Of a stretch of DNA of 64,000 nucleotides, positions 21,051 through 29,505 are shown in pieces (within the stretch, counting starts at the first letter, position 1; each line of letters opens with the position of its first letter). This stretch comes from Candidatus Bathyarchaeia archaeon (GTDB lineage Archaea; Thermoproteota; Bathyarchaeia; Bathyarchaeales; Bathycorpusculaceae): assembly GCA_049515895.1 (NCBI GenBank), contig JBEKTQ010000003.1:1-64000 (forward strand), in the 5' to 3' direction. Both the position numbers and the translations under genes were made by a program. A model generated the notes under the pieces. It searched no databases. It was not told the DNA's origin and saw only the letters and a list, made by a program, of their open reading frames with translations.

Positions 21051-21407
21051 TCAAGTCTTAGTTTCTATTCGTTGACTCTCTTTAATAGTCTCAATCATTT
21101 TTGGCAAAAAGTCTATGAACTGCTCTTTCTCCGCATAAATTGACTTTTCAACAGCCTCGATTAAATTATTAATCAAAAGCCTATAGGGCCTAGTAACATT
21201 CTGAAGTTTATACTCTGTTACCTCATGCGTGAAAGTCTGCCATGCCTCTATTTCTGAAGCATCATAAAGAAAAATCACGTTGCCCTTGATCTCTCCATGA
21301 TTAGCTTTTGCCTTATCCGGTTTCCAGAGAACAACCAGGTTAACACCTAAACGGCCTAGGCAATCTTGCATCTGTTTTTGAACCTTAGCGATTTCAGCTT
21401 TAATCAT
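21051..21407 (-). CDS. Hypothetical protein with zincin-like HExxE motif
   Basis: HGEIKGNVIFLY...TFTHEVTE. Confidence 0.6.
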   Translation of the reverse strand: MIKAEIAKVQKQMQDCLGRLGVNLVVLWKPDKAKANHGEIKGNVIFLYDASEIEAWQTFTHEVTEYKLQNVTRPYRLLINNLIEAVEKSIYAEKEQFIDFLPKMIETIKESQRIETKT

Positions 21408-21712
21408 GGCCTAAAACTCCTATGTTCTTTAGTTTTTGGGAAAGCAAAACTGCATGTTGCCTGAACGTTTCCACTTTTTGAGAATGTAACTCAAGCGCGC
21501 ATTGTTGGGCTAAAAAGAAACTACCGCACAAAGACTAAGCATCCCCTGGAAGCCTTCGGCTGCCAATCTCAAGGTTTGTTTTCCTTCGCCAAGTTCTGCA
21601 GGATATACCGCCGCCGTGAGTGCACGAATAATTATCCTTCTTAAATTTGCCTTCTAATTTGCATTGATAATCAAACTTGCAAGGGTATGTTTCGAGAGAG
21701 TTTCTTTGTATG

Positions 21713-21921
21713 TTACCACGATTACCACGTTTAACATACTCAGAATAAGACCCCCCTACCCCTCTTTTCCTTAGTATATTGATTTGAACATTGACCACTG
21801 CTAGTTTATTGACTGTTTTTAGGAGTTTACTGTTAATCATTATCGTAATCTCCTATACTTTTTTCCTTTTTAGCAGTAGGGGTATCGTTTCCAAGTGTGG
21901 TAAGCGTGGTAATCGTGGTAA
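21713..21921. other. Putative replication origin (inverted iterons around an AT-rich core)
   Basis: TTACCACGATTACCACG (21713-29) is the exact reverse complement of 21905-21; inner CCCCTAC/GTAGGGG pair. Confidence 0.6.
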
Positions 21922-24028
21922 AACCCTCAGTCACTTTGTAGGCTTCTATCAGTTTTGGTGTTGAGTAGTAGCCTTTTCCAGATTTTAATAGGCCTTCACT
22001 TTGTAGAACTGCCATTAATGGACGCATTTCATTGGTGTCTGTTAACTGAAACTTTGATGCTAAGACCTCTTTTGTTACCCTGTTTTGCGTTACTATCCAA
22101 TGTAGTATTTTTCCAAGTTTCTCGATTTCGATTTTGCCTTGTGTTTTGGAAAAGATTATCGCAAAAATTTCTTTAATGTCTTCCAGGGTCAATTTTTCAA
22201 ATTTGTTTTCTTGCGCTAAAATTCCTAAACCGGCTTTCATGTATTCTTCTGTTAAGAAGTTTACAACAGTTTCAACATGCTCTGTCGTTACTGTGACAAT
22301 AGTGTTATCATCGTTTGTTGATAAGGTGCTATAAGCCAATCCAACACTTAGTCTTGCAATTTTCCATTTTACATCAATACTTACTAATGGGATTTCTTCG
22401 CTGAAAAACGTGTTATAGAGCTCTGTTGACATATCTAAAAGCAAGGTTACGGCTGCCTCTTCCCATTGAACTTTAGCGGTATTACTCCAACACCACTTCA
22501 AAACTTCAGCCATATAATCCAGCTTTGGGTCGTATTCTTCAGTTACCTTAACATTAAGTTTCTCAGGTGCAACGTCACGTTGATCTGAAAAAACTGCTAC
22601 GTCTAACCTTGCTATGCTTGTTTTGTCTAATACTGTTGACCATGCTTGCGCCGGATGTAAAAAGGAACTTAGGCTTTTCGTACTATACTTATCATCTTCT
22701 GGGTCTACAGCATTGTAGATTCTGAGTTGCCTAGTTCTTGCGTATGTCGTATTTTTTGCTGCCTTCGCTATACTGAGAACTCCACTCCTTTCGGCTTCCG
22801 CCAAAGCGGCCCAACAAGAAGCATTAAGTTTTTGCGATCCATCAATAGCTAAAAGTTTGCGATCCATAAGTGGCAAGAAACCCCAATCGATGAACCAGCC
22901 TTCCTTTTCAACTTGCGTTGCTGTTCCAGTTAAGCCAACGGTGCTTGCGGTTTCGGCTGAAATTATGGACCCTGCCTTTAAGAGTTTGGCTTGTTTCTTA
23001 ACCGTTTCAGATTTAGCTGTGGTTGTGTCACCGATAATTCCGCATTTGCCCCAGCCCTCTTTTACTTCACCGTCCAACTTAACGTATAGCGGTGTGAAGT
23101 AAGTTAGGAATCCCGCAGTAGCTATGTTCTCTCTGCCAACAATATGACTGTATAACTCGAAGTTGTCTAATATCCAGTTTAGCCGGTCACTTACGCTTTT
23201 CCCCTTAAAAACTTCTTTGAGAGCTGCCAATTTTGAAACATCAAAACTTAATATATCCTCTGGGAATTCCACTTTGTAAGCTAGCAAAGTTGTTTTTTGG
23301 GTTTTTGGATTCGGTAATGGTAAACCAACAATCCGCATGAGAGTGCTCGGTTGAAAAGTTAACGGTACATCGGAAGCGACATAAATGTCTAAGGCCTTGT
23401 ACTCGTACCCTTTTTCATCGACAATCTTGTCACCGCATTTTTCCAAAGTAAAAACTGGTGGTCTTACTCTCAACCGGTACATAGTGCGATATTGTTGTAT
23501 TTCTTCGATAATGGCATGGAGCGGATAGAATAAACTTTTTAGTCGTATTGCTTGAGTTTCTTTTGAAACATCTACTAAACCAATGTTCACTGGGTTATCT
23601 ACATCAATTACTTTAAAAACTTCATAATTGTCGTCCTCAGTTTCACCTTTTATAAATGCCTTGATTCTTGAAGGCACACCAATGTAGGCTATGCTTGTGC
23701 TTGAGATAACAGCTTCAATAATAACAGGTTTACCAACTAAAGAGGGATTCTCAATGTTATTGATATGCTCTAAAACTGACGGTTGATTTTCCAATTCCTC
23801 TTCTCTTGTTTCGTCACAAGCCTTCTTAAATTGCAACCTAGCTTGGTATCGTGCCATTTTTTCTTTGTATTCATTCAAGGCAAACTCGAAGTTTTCAGGG
23901 TTGCTATAATCTTCTTTTTTTGGCGGTGTTGGTTCTTCCAACCAAGGCTCTTTTACAGTCGGTATGTCTGAAGTGATATTATCTCTTGGCGATTTTTCTG
24001 GGGTTGCTGTCTGCTCTGGATCTGTCAC
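21833..24028 (-). CDS. Divergent MCM-family AAA+ helicase
   Basis: Walker A GDTTTAKS, STVGLTG, Walker B-like LLAIDG, SIAKAA (PS1), SIARLD (Arg finger), C-terminal wHTH-like segment. Confidence 0.8.
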   Translation of the reverse strand: MTDPEQTATPEKSPRDNITSDIPTVKEPWLEEPTPPKKEDYSNPENFEFALNEYKEKMARYQARLQFKKACDETREEELENQPSVLEHINNIENPSLVGKPVIIEAVISSTSIAYIGVPSRIKAFIKGETEDDNYEVFKVIDVDNPVNIGLVDVSKETQAIRLKSLFYPLHAIIEEIQQYRTMYRLRVRPPVFTLEKCGDKIVDEKGYEYKALDIYVASDVPLTFQPSTLMRIVGLPLPNPKTQKTTLLAYKVEFPEDILSFDVSKLAALKEVFKGKSVSDRLNWILDNFELYSHIVGRENIATAGFLTYFTPLYVKLDGEVKEGWGKCGIIGDTTTAKSETVKKQAKLLKAGSIISAETASTVGLTGTATQVEKEGWFIDWGFLPLMDRKLLAIDGSQKLNASCWAALAEAERSGVLSIAKAAKNTTYARTRQLRIYNAVDPEDDKYSTKSLSSFLHPAQAWSTVLDKTSIARLDVAVFSDQRDVAPEKLNVKVTEEYDPKLDYMAEVLKWCWSNTAKVQWEEAAVTLLLDMSTELYNTFFSEEIPLVSIDVKWKIARLSVGLAYSTLSTNDDNTIVTVTTEHVETVVNFLTEEYMKAGLGILAQENKFEKLTLEDIKEIFAIIFSKTQGKIEIEKLGKILHWIVTQNRVTKEVLASKFQLTDTNEMRPLMAVLQSEGLLKSGKGYYSTPKLIEAYKVTEGFTTITTLTTLGNDTPTAKKEKSIGDYDND

Positions 24029-24288
24029 TGTGTTATAGCTCCAGGGTTCTTTTTGTTGTACTCTATGAGGTCAGCCGGAATCTGAATACGATTCTCCAAA
24101 ATGCTGTTACTGTGAATGTATAAGTCAACTTCTTCCACTTGTTTTTGCAAAAGGAGAGCAACTCTTGAAGCATTTGCAAATCCACCAAAAATACGAGGTA
24201 TTTCAGTGTTATTTGACAGGTAAATTACTACCACAGAACCATTGCCAAGAGAGCGCACAAGGTGGCCTACAACATAGTAATAGCCCAA
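24025..24288 (-). CDS. Hypothetical protein
   Basis: Tightly packed in the operon (4-nt overlap with the MCM-like gene). Confidence 0.55.
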   Translation of the reverse strand: MGYYYVVGHLVRSLGNGSVVVIYLSNNTEIPRIFGGFANASRVALLLQKQVEEVDLYIHSNSILENRIQIPADLIEYNKKNPGAITQ

Positions 24289-24292
24289 ATTG

Positions 24293-25159
24293 TCATTTCT
24301 CCTCTGTTTTTTCTAAAGCCTTAGAGAAACTCCACCGCGCTGCTGCCTGCAATTCTTTAATTTGTTGGTCCGAGAGTTTACCGATAACAAGAATGTAGTC
24401 AAGGTCTCCGTTTTCTTTCTTTGCAACACTATATGAAAAGCTGTACTTTGCAACCATAGGTTCTAAGACTTTTGGGATCAGAAAATTAGTGATTGTGGGG
24501 CCGTCTATTTTGAATGGATGCTCTGGACAAATACTTATCTCATCCTCGAAAACGTTCAACATGCCTATGGCTTTCAAGCCTTCGCATAACGGGAACTGCC
24601 GTAACCCTTCCATCTTCAGAGTATCTTTGACTATTGGCACATGAGGAATAGGCTGCTCTTTTTGAGGAGTTGGTGTAACGTTTTCAGGGATTTTGCTTTG
24701 TGTTTGTACTTGAGTTTTTTTGGTGCGGTAGTCATCAATCAAGGTTGCTAACCATTTCGCTGGAATCAGTTTTGCAAAAGCATTCCTTTCAGCTTTGTTA
24801 ACTGCTAATATGTACGCAAAGGGCTTTTCCTTTTCGACACTGCTCGCGCCGATAACATCAATGCGGTTCTGAAGATCACGCATTTTTATTGTTACTCGGA
24901 TTTCCTTGTCCGTTTCTTCAATGTGGACATCGAGGATTTCTACATTGCCTCTATGTCGAATTGCTTCTTTGACACCGGCATAAGACAAGTTAGTAACTCG
25001 TTTGCCTTGAATCGTAACATCATAAACAAGGTCTTCTAAGATTTCGCCGCGCATTTCAGCTAAGATTTGGTTTTCATCTCTATGGTCAAGAACTTGAAAG
25101 ATTTGGGTTCGGTCTTCAGTCTTTGCTTCAGTTTTTGTCTGTTGTTCTGTTTCAGCCAA
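24293..25159 (-). CDS. Putative Rad52/Sak-like single-strand annealing protein
   Basis: LSYAGVKE...beta strands...IGAS...LAVNKAERNAFAKLIP resembles the SSAP core; linker plus C-terminal domain. Confidence 0.45.
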   Translation of the reverse strand: MAETEQQTKTEAKTEDRTQIFQVLDHRDENQILAEMRGEILEDLVYDVTIQGKRVTNLSYAGVKEAIRHRGNVEILDVHIEETDKEIRVTIKMRDLQNRIDVIGASSVEKEKPFAYILAVNKAERNAFAKLIPAKWLATLIDDYRTKKTQVQTQSKIPENVTPTPQKEQPIPHVPIVKDTLKMEGLRQFPLCEGLKAIGMLNVFEDEISICPEHPFKIDGPTITNFLIPKVLEPMVAKYSFSYSVAKKENGDLDYILVIGKLSDQQIKELQAAARWSFSKALEKTEEK

Positions 25160-25162
25160 CTT

Positions 25163-25321
25163 CTAGGCACCTCCACTGTTATTCTGTTTTCCGCATCCTT
25201 GGCCACAGCTTTTGTTTCGCGCATTGGTAAAATAACCCAAATTACACTTTGAGTATTGGAAATGAACGCAATCAGCGCAGGACTCAGGTTTTTCGGGTTT
25301 CTTAGGAAGAAAACCGTTCAA
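25163..25321 (-). CDS. Small Cys-rich (Zn-finger-like) protein, not in ORF track
   Basis: (M)NGFLPKKPEKPESCADCVHFQYSKCNLGYFTNARNKSCGQGCGKQNNSGGA fills the operon gap. Confidence 0.5.
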   Translation of the reverse strand: MNGFLPKKPEKPESCADCVHFQYSKCNLGYFTNARNKSCGQGCGKQNNSGGA

Positions 25322-25344
25322 TGATACACCAAAACAAGGCAAGG

Positions 25345-25536
25345 CTAGGCCTCCTTTGTTTGGATGGTTATGTATTGGAAAAAAATGTCTTTTTCGTCAT
25401 TGTACATCTTTGGTGAAGTTGCTTCGCAGTTAAAAACAGTTTTTAGACAGTTGAAAACTTGGTCGATAATCGCCTTATTTTTTGAAGTTACTTTTACGGT
25501 TGTTTCAAAATTTGATCTGTCTTCTTCTATCACCAT
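25345..25536 (-). CDS. Small protein, paralog of 27731-28021
   Basis: VKVTSKNKAIIDQV..TSPKMYNDEKDIFFQY aligns with VKISSPDVNFLDQV..TSAKMFNSETKQFFEF. Confidence 0.65.
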   Translation of the reverse strand: MVIEEDRSNFETTVKVTSKNKAIIDQVFNCLKTVFNCEATSPKMYNDEKDIFFQYITIQTKEA

Positions 25537-25587
25537 ATACTATATCACTAATAGAAAAAAGGAAAAAAAAGAAATTCCAGTAGATAA

Positions 25588-27072
25588 TCACGGTTCTGGC
25601 TCTCTTTTAAGAAAACGTTGGATTGATGCTTCTATACTGCCGTTGTCTATAGCTTCTTGTAAACCGTTTTTTATGTCAAGTATTATTTGTTTTGTATCAA
25701 GTTGCTGTTTGAACGCATTGAGATTTTTCTTTTCTTTAACTGCTTGCACTAAACAACCTTGCGGAAAACCTAAATCATACTTTTCCCGCGTCCACTTCTC
25801 TTTTTTCTCATTGTACAGTATCCATAGAGCAGAGGTTAACAACTGACGGCTTGCTGTATATTGCCATTGTATTTCTTCTATTTGATCCTGATAGGGTTTT
25901 TCCATATTTTCTTTTTGTTGTTCTAAATCACTAAGTTGATCTTCCAGTTCAGCGATTTCGTCAGCTATCCCTTCTGTTTTCTTTTCCATTTCGGACTCAA
26001 TAGGGCTAACACGTTCACTATATTCGTCATAAGATAAGTATTCGGTAGGTAGCTCTTGCGGAACTGCTAAATCTTCTTCAGAGGTATCGCAATTATCAAT
26101 AGCATACATCAAAGATTGCAATGCTTCTTTAGGTGCATTATTCCATGCTGTAGTAACTATTTCGTTTATTCGGTCTACCTCCGAAAGATACTTTAAAAGT
26201 TCTGTAGCTACGATTTCCCTGATTTTGTCGTGTCCTTGTGGTTGTGCTGATATTGCTTCGATTTCTAGGCCATAAGCGCCTTCTATGCCATACTTGGCTA
26301 ACCACTTGTCACTGTTAAAGTCTATTCCCTCACAACTTAGTTTTCTGCCTCTTTTAATTGGATATTTTTGTACGTCTAAGATTTCTGGTGTAGCATGTTC
26401 AACGTTAACGCCTATTCTATAATGTTTGCTTACGGTTAATCCAAAGGTTTGGCACTTACTAACAAACTCCTGGTCTATAGCAAAACCAAAGGGATCATAG
26501 TCAGTCAACGAAAAAATAACCACTTCAGTTATACCTTTTTCCTGAAGCAGCCGTAACATGTGCTCAATACCTGCTCCTTTGCTCCAGCCACCACCGCTTA
26601 AGATATTGATGTTAAAGAGTTCTTGCAAAGGCAATAAATGAACATACACAGCGTCTTTTTCAACGAATAACAAAATGTTGCTCCAGCATTGCGCTTGATT
26701 CTGATTGACGTTATAAGTTTCTTTTAGCATGCGAAACTCATTTATGCCTAAATCCGCGTAAGCTAACCGTCCTTCCTTAACCATTTTCGCTAGAACTGCC
26801 TCAAAAGTCTTCATGTATTTTTCTGAGCGTTTGCGTTCAATCTTCAGCAATATTGGCTTAATTGGGTTATACCAAACCTCGCGGCAACCTCTTTGGTCAG
26901 ATAACGGATAATGCATGGCTTTAGTAGCTAAAATTACAGCTTCGATTAAACTGTTAAAATCAACCAAGTAACCTTTTCTTACCCATTGCGACATTTTTTG
27001 AGGGAAAGCTGCGATTAACTGCTCTGGAGTCATGGCTTGCAGTTGCATCAATGTATAGATATATTGGTTCAC
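25588..27072 (-). CDS. Spo11/Topo VI-A-like protein (5Y-CAP + TOPRIM) with C-terminal coiled coil
   Basis: REVWY (catalytic Tyr position), FVEKDAV, SGGGW, LTDYDPFG, LEIEAI. Confidence 0.75.
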   Translation of the reverse strand: MNQYIYTLMQLQAMTPEQLIAAFPQKMSQWVRKGYLVDFNSLIEAVILATKAMHYPLSDQRGCREVWYNPIKPILLKIERKRSEKYMKTFEAVLAKMVKEGRLAYADLGINEFRMLKETYNVNQNQAQCWSNILLFVEKDAVYVHLLPLQELFNINILSGGGWSKGAGIEHMLRLLQEKGITEVVIFSLTDYDPFGFAIDQEFVSKCQTFGLTVSKHYRIGVNVEHATPEILDVQKYPIKRGRKLSCEGIDFNSDKWLAKYGIEGAYGLEIEAISAQPQGHDKIREIVATELLKYLSEVDRINEIVTTAWNNAPKEALQSLMYAIDNCDTSEEDLAVPQELPTEYLSYDEYSERVSPIESEMEKKTEGIADEIAELEDQLSDLEQQKENMEKPYQDQIEEIQWQYTASRQLLTSALWILYNEKKEKWTREKYDLGFPQGCLVQAVKEKKNLNAFKQQLDTKQIILDIKNGLQEAIDNGSIEASIQRFLKREPEP

Positions 27073-27728
27073 GATAAAGCCCTCCGAATGGTTAGAAGGT
27101 CTTTTCTGTACGCTTCATGGAGTGTTTTTAAATCGGGTTTGCTTGATTGCTGGATTAGCTTGTAAACTTCCAGTTCTTCTATTGTTACGGCGTAACATTT
27201 TTGCGGTGTAGGTATAGGTTGCGGAATCGAATTTGATAGGATTCTTGCGTTAGCAAAAGTGATTTCTTTCCGCTCAAGTTTTGTCTGAGTTTCTTCAGGT
27301 AGTTTAAGCAATAAAAGGCGCTGTGTAACATAGGCTCTGCTTTTCTTAATGACCGCTGCTATTTCCTCATGCGTTTGCCCTTTTTCAATGCGCCTCTGAA
27401 ACTCTTTTGCTAACTCCATATCAGAGAGGTCGTTTCTTTCCAGATTCTCAATTAACTGCAGGTCTTTGGCCGTGGCTTCATCCATTTCCCTTACAATGCA
27501 CTTGATTGTCAATAGATGTGCTATGCGGTGAGCTCTAAAGCGTCTTTCACCATGAACAATAACATATTTGCCTTCACTCAGGGGTCTAACCTGAATCGGC
27601 TGCAATAACCCATGTTGCTTGATACTATCCGCTAACTCTTCTAACGCCTGCGAATCAAAATATTTCCGTGGCTGCTCTGAATCAGCGATTATGCATGTCA
27701 GTGGTAAGTCTAAAATTTGCTCGGTCAA
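27069..27728 (-). CDS. ParB/Spo0J-family protein
   Basis: QPRKYFD..ELADSIKQHGLLQPI..HGERRFRA..LIENLERNDL, HTH EEIAAVIKKSRAYVTQRL. Confidence 0.93.
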   Translation of the reverse strand: MTEQILDLPLTCIIADSEQPRKYFDSQALEELADSIKQHGLLQPIQVRPLSEGKYVIVHGERRFRAHRIAHLLTIKCIVREMDEATAKDLQLIENLERNDLSDMELAKEFQRRIEKGQTHEEIAAVIKKSRAYVTQRLLLLKLPEETQTKLERKEITFANARILSNSIPQPIPTPQKCYAVTIEELEVYKLIQQSSKPDLKTLHEAYRKDLLTIRRALS

Positions 27729-27730
27729 AG

Positions 27731-28021
27731 TTACTGAGCCTCCTTTAGTTTTGGTGCCACGCTGACGAACTCGAAAAACTGCTTGGTTTCAGAATTGAAC
27801 ATCTTGGCGCTTGTAGGTGCGACGGCGAAACCAATAGATAGGTAGGCTATGACTTGGTCGAGAAAGTTAACGTCTGGGCTGCTAATCTTGACGATTGTAG
27901 CGTTTGGAAATTTAGGTTTCAGTTTTTTTTCTTCTTTCGATAATTCAGTTGGGTTCTTACAAAAAACTCTAGGGTTTGAAATTTTGCTTACTGGGCTCGA
28001 TTCTAATTCTGTTTCTACCAA
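27731..28021 (-). CDS. Small protein, paralog of 25345-25536
   Basis: See paralog alignment; ends 2 nt before parB start. Confidence 0.65.
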   Translation of the reverse strand: MVETELESSPVSKISNPRVFCKNPTELSKEEKKLKPKFPNATIVKISSPDVNFLDQVIAYLSIGFAVAPTSAKMFNSETKQFFEFVSVAPKLKEAQ

Positions 28022-28446
28022 TGTGTTTTTACCTTATGGACCGCTCAAAGCGAGCGTATCCACAAGAAAAATATACTATATACGAAATCGTTAGCACATC
28101 TGCTAATTCGAACTGTTCGATAGGTAAAGATACCAGACTCTGGTGAACTTTACAAGCCGCTTGTGTGGGGGAAGATTATCAGACTCTGATGAGGTAAAAG
28201 GTTTATGAACAGTTAATAAAAATGCCTTTCTCGTTATACGAACCAATCTGCTGAAGCAGTTCAGCAGACTGTTAGTACTCAAGATACTATCGACTTCTTT
28301 CTCTTCATGTTTTTCTGCTTCTCTCGTAAATATGGTTATCAGAAAGTTTGGTCGCACATGAAACATGGCTGAATAGAAAAAACTGTTGGGCAACTAACTT
28401 TTCTAAAAGTGTGTTCAAGCTAAAAAATAAGAGAGGGGAAGGAATT

Positions 28447-28665
28447 TTAGTTGGCGCTTTTCAGCTCAAATAAGTAGCCTTTGCTTGTTTGTAGTGCTCG
28501 GATTTTGTCGTTCAATGACATTTTTAATAGAAGACCCCTGGCTGTTTGCCAAGTAATCTTCAAGTTGAACGCGACAAATCCGATGCTGACCGGCATCTTA
28601 CTGTTTTCCAACAGTTCTAAAGTCTTTTTCTCATTCTCTTCTGCGACCATTTTAAAACATTGCAT
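28447..28665 (-). CDS. Winged-helix DNA-binding protein
   Basis: PVSIGFVAFNLKITWQTARGLLLKM..KGYLF; GAGGTG SD before the Met at 28665. Confidence 0.65.
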   Translation of the reverse strand: MQCFKMVAEENEKKTLELLENSKMPVSIGFVAFNLKITWQTARGLLLKMSLNDKIRALQTSKGYLFELKSAN

Positions 28666-28703
28666 TTGTTTCACCTCTTTCCTCTCTATACGAAAAATGC
28701 CAA

Positions 28704-28772
28704 GAAGGCTAGAGCCATGACAAGGCAACTGTTGAGTTATTGAGCCAGTCCTTGCCACAGCTCCTAACCTTC
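28704..28772 (-). promoter_or_regulatory. Long G-U-rich RNA hairpin in operon leader
   Basis: GAAGGTTAG-GAGC-TGTGGCAAGG pairs with CCTTGTCATG-GCTC-TAGCCTTC on the minus strand. Confidence 0.45.
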
Positions 28773-28853
28773 AAGGTTCTTTTTCCCCTCTCCTCAATAG
28801 AAAAAAGAGTTAAGAGCAAATTTTACCATTCTTGTCAAAATGAAACTCTGGGT

Positions 28854-29234
28854 TTACGCTCTCTCTAATATTTGATAAACGAACTCTGGAACTTTCTCCT
28901 TAAGCATTAACTCACAGAACCTTATCGCTGTTCGCTTGTTACCGTCAGTGAAGGGATGCTGCTCTGCAACAACTAAAGCAATCTCCAAGGCGATCTTTGA
29001 TTCCAAGTTATCAAGGCAACCGTCATAGCGGATCGTGCCGGTTGAAAAGCCTTTGTTGATTTCTATTAACTTGTTTCTTATCTGCTCTGAAGTTAGGTCC
29101 ATAAGATTTCTTCCTCTACTTGAAAGGTGAAAGTTTTTCCAACCGTTGCTTCCCACCGCGCCGTCTTCCTGTAGGTCTTCTATGGTGTCGTTTTCTCTTG
29201 CCTTCGGAATTTTTCTCTTACTCTTTCTAGGCAT
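28854..29234 (-). CDS. Fic/Doc-family toxin
   Basis: HPFTDGNKRTA Doc-type motif. Confidence 0.85.
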   Translation of the reverse strand: MPRKSKRKIPKARENDTIEDLQEDGAVGSNGWKNFHLSSRGRNLMDLTSEQIRNKLIEINKGFSTGTIRYDGCLDNLESKIALEIALVVAEQHPFTDGNKRTAIRFCELMLKEKVPEFVYQILERA

Positions 29235-29245
29235 AGTGTTACGGC

Positions 29246-29392
29246 CTACTCCTTCTTTTTTGCTGCTTCTTGAAACTCTGTTAGGGCCAGCTCGACCAAG
29301 TGGCTTCTGTTTCGATACTTTTTGGTTTCAACCTGCTTGTCGATCCACTCAACTAGTTCCTTGTCTATTGTGACGCTAATCGATTGCTTCAT
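29246..29392 (-). CDS. Ribbon-helix-helix protein, probable antitoxin (not in ORF track)
   Basis: MKQSISVTIDKELVEWIDKQVETKKYRNRSHLVELALTEFQEAAKKKE. Confidence 0.85.
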   Translation of the reverse strand: MKQSISVTIDKELVEWIDKQVETKKYRNRSHLVELALTEFQEAAKKKE

Positions 29393-29505
29393 ACTTTGCA
29401 ATACATAATCAACTCCTTTAAATGCTTTATACGATAAAATATGTAATGCAAAGGCTTATATATTTTACCCTATAATAATAAGAATACACAAGGAGAAATA
29501 AGAAT

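Noticed and set aside
21535-21840. 101-aa ORF after the MCM-like gene as a confident CDS
   Set aside because: Its 5' half overlaps the iteron/AT-rich origin-like region (RGNRGN derives from the repeats); only the Cys-rich 3' part may be real
25588-27072. Complete Wadjet (JetABCD) or Topo VI holoenzyme
   Set aside because: No SMC/kleisin or GHKL B-subunit gene recognised; a Spo11-type Tyr motif is present
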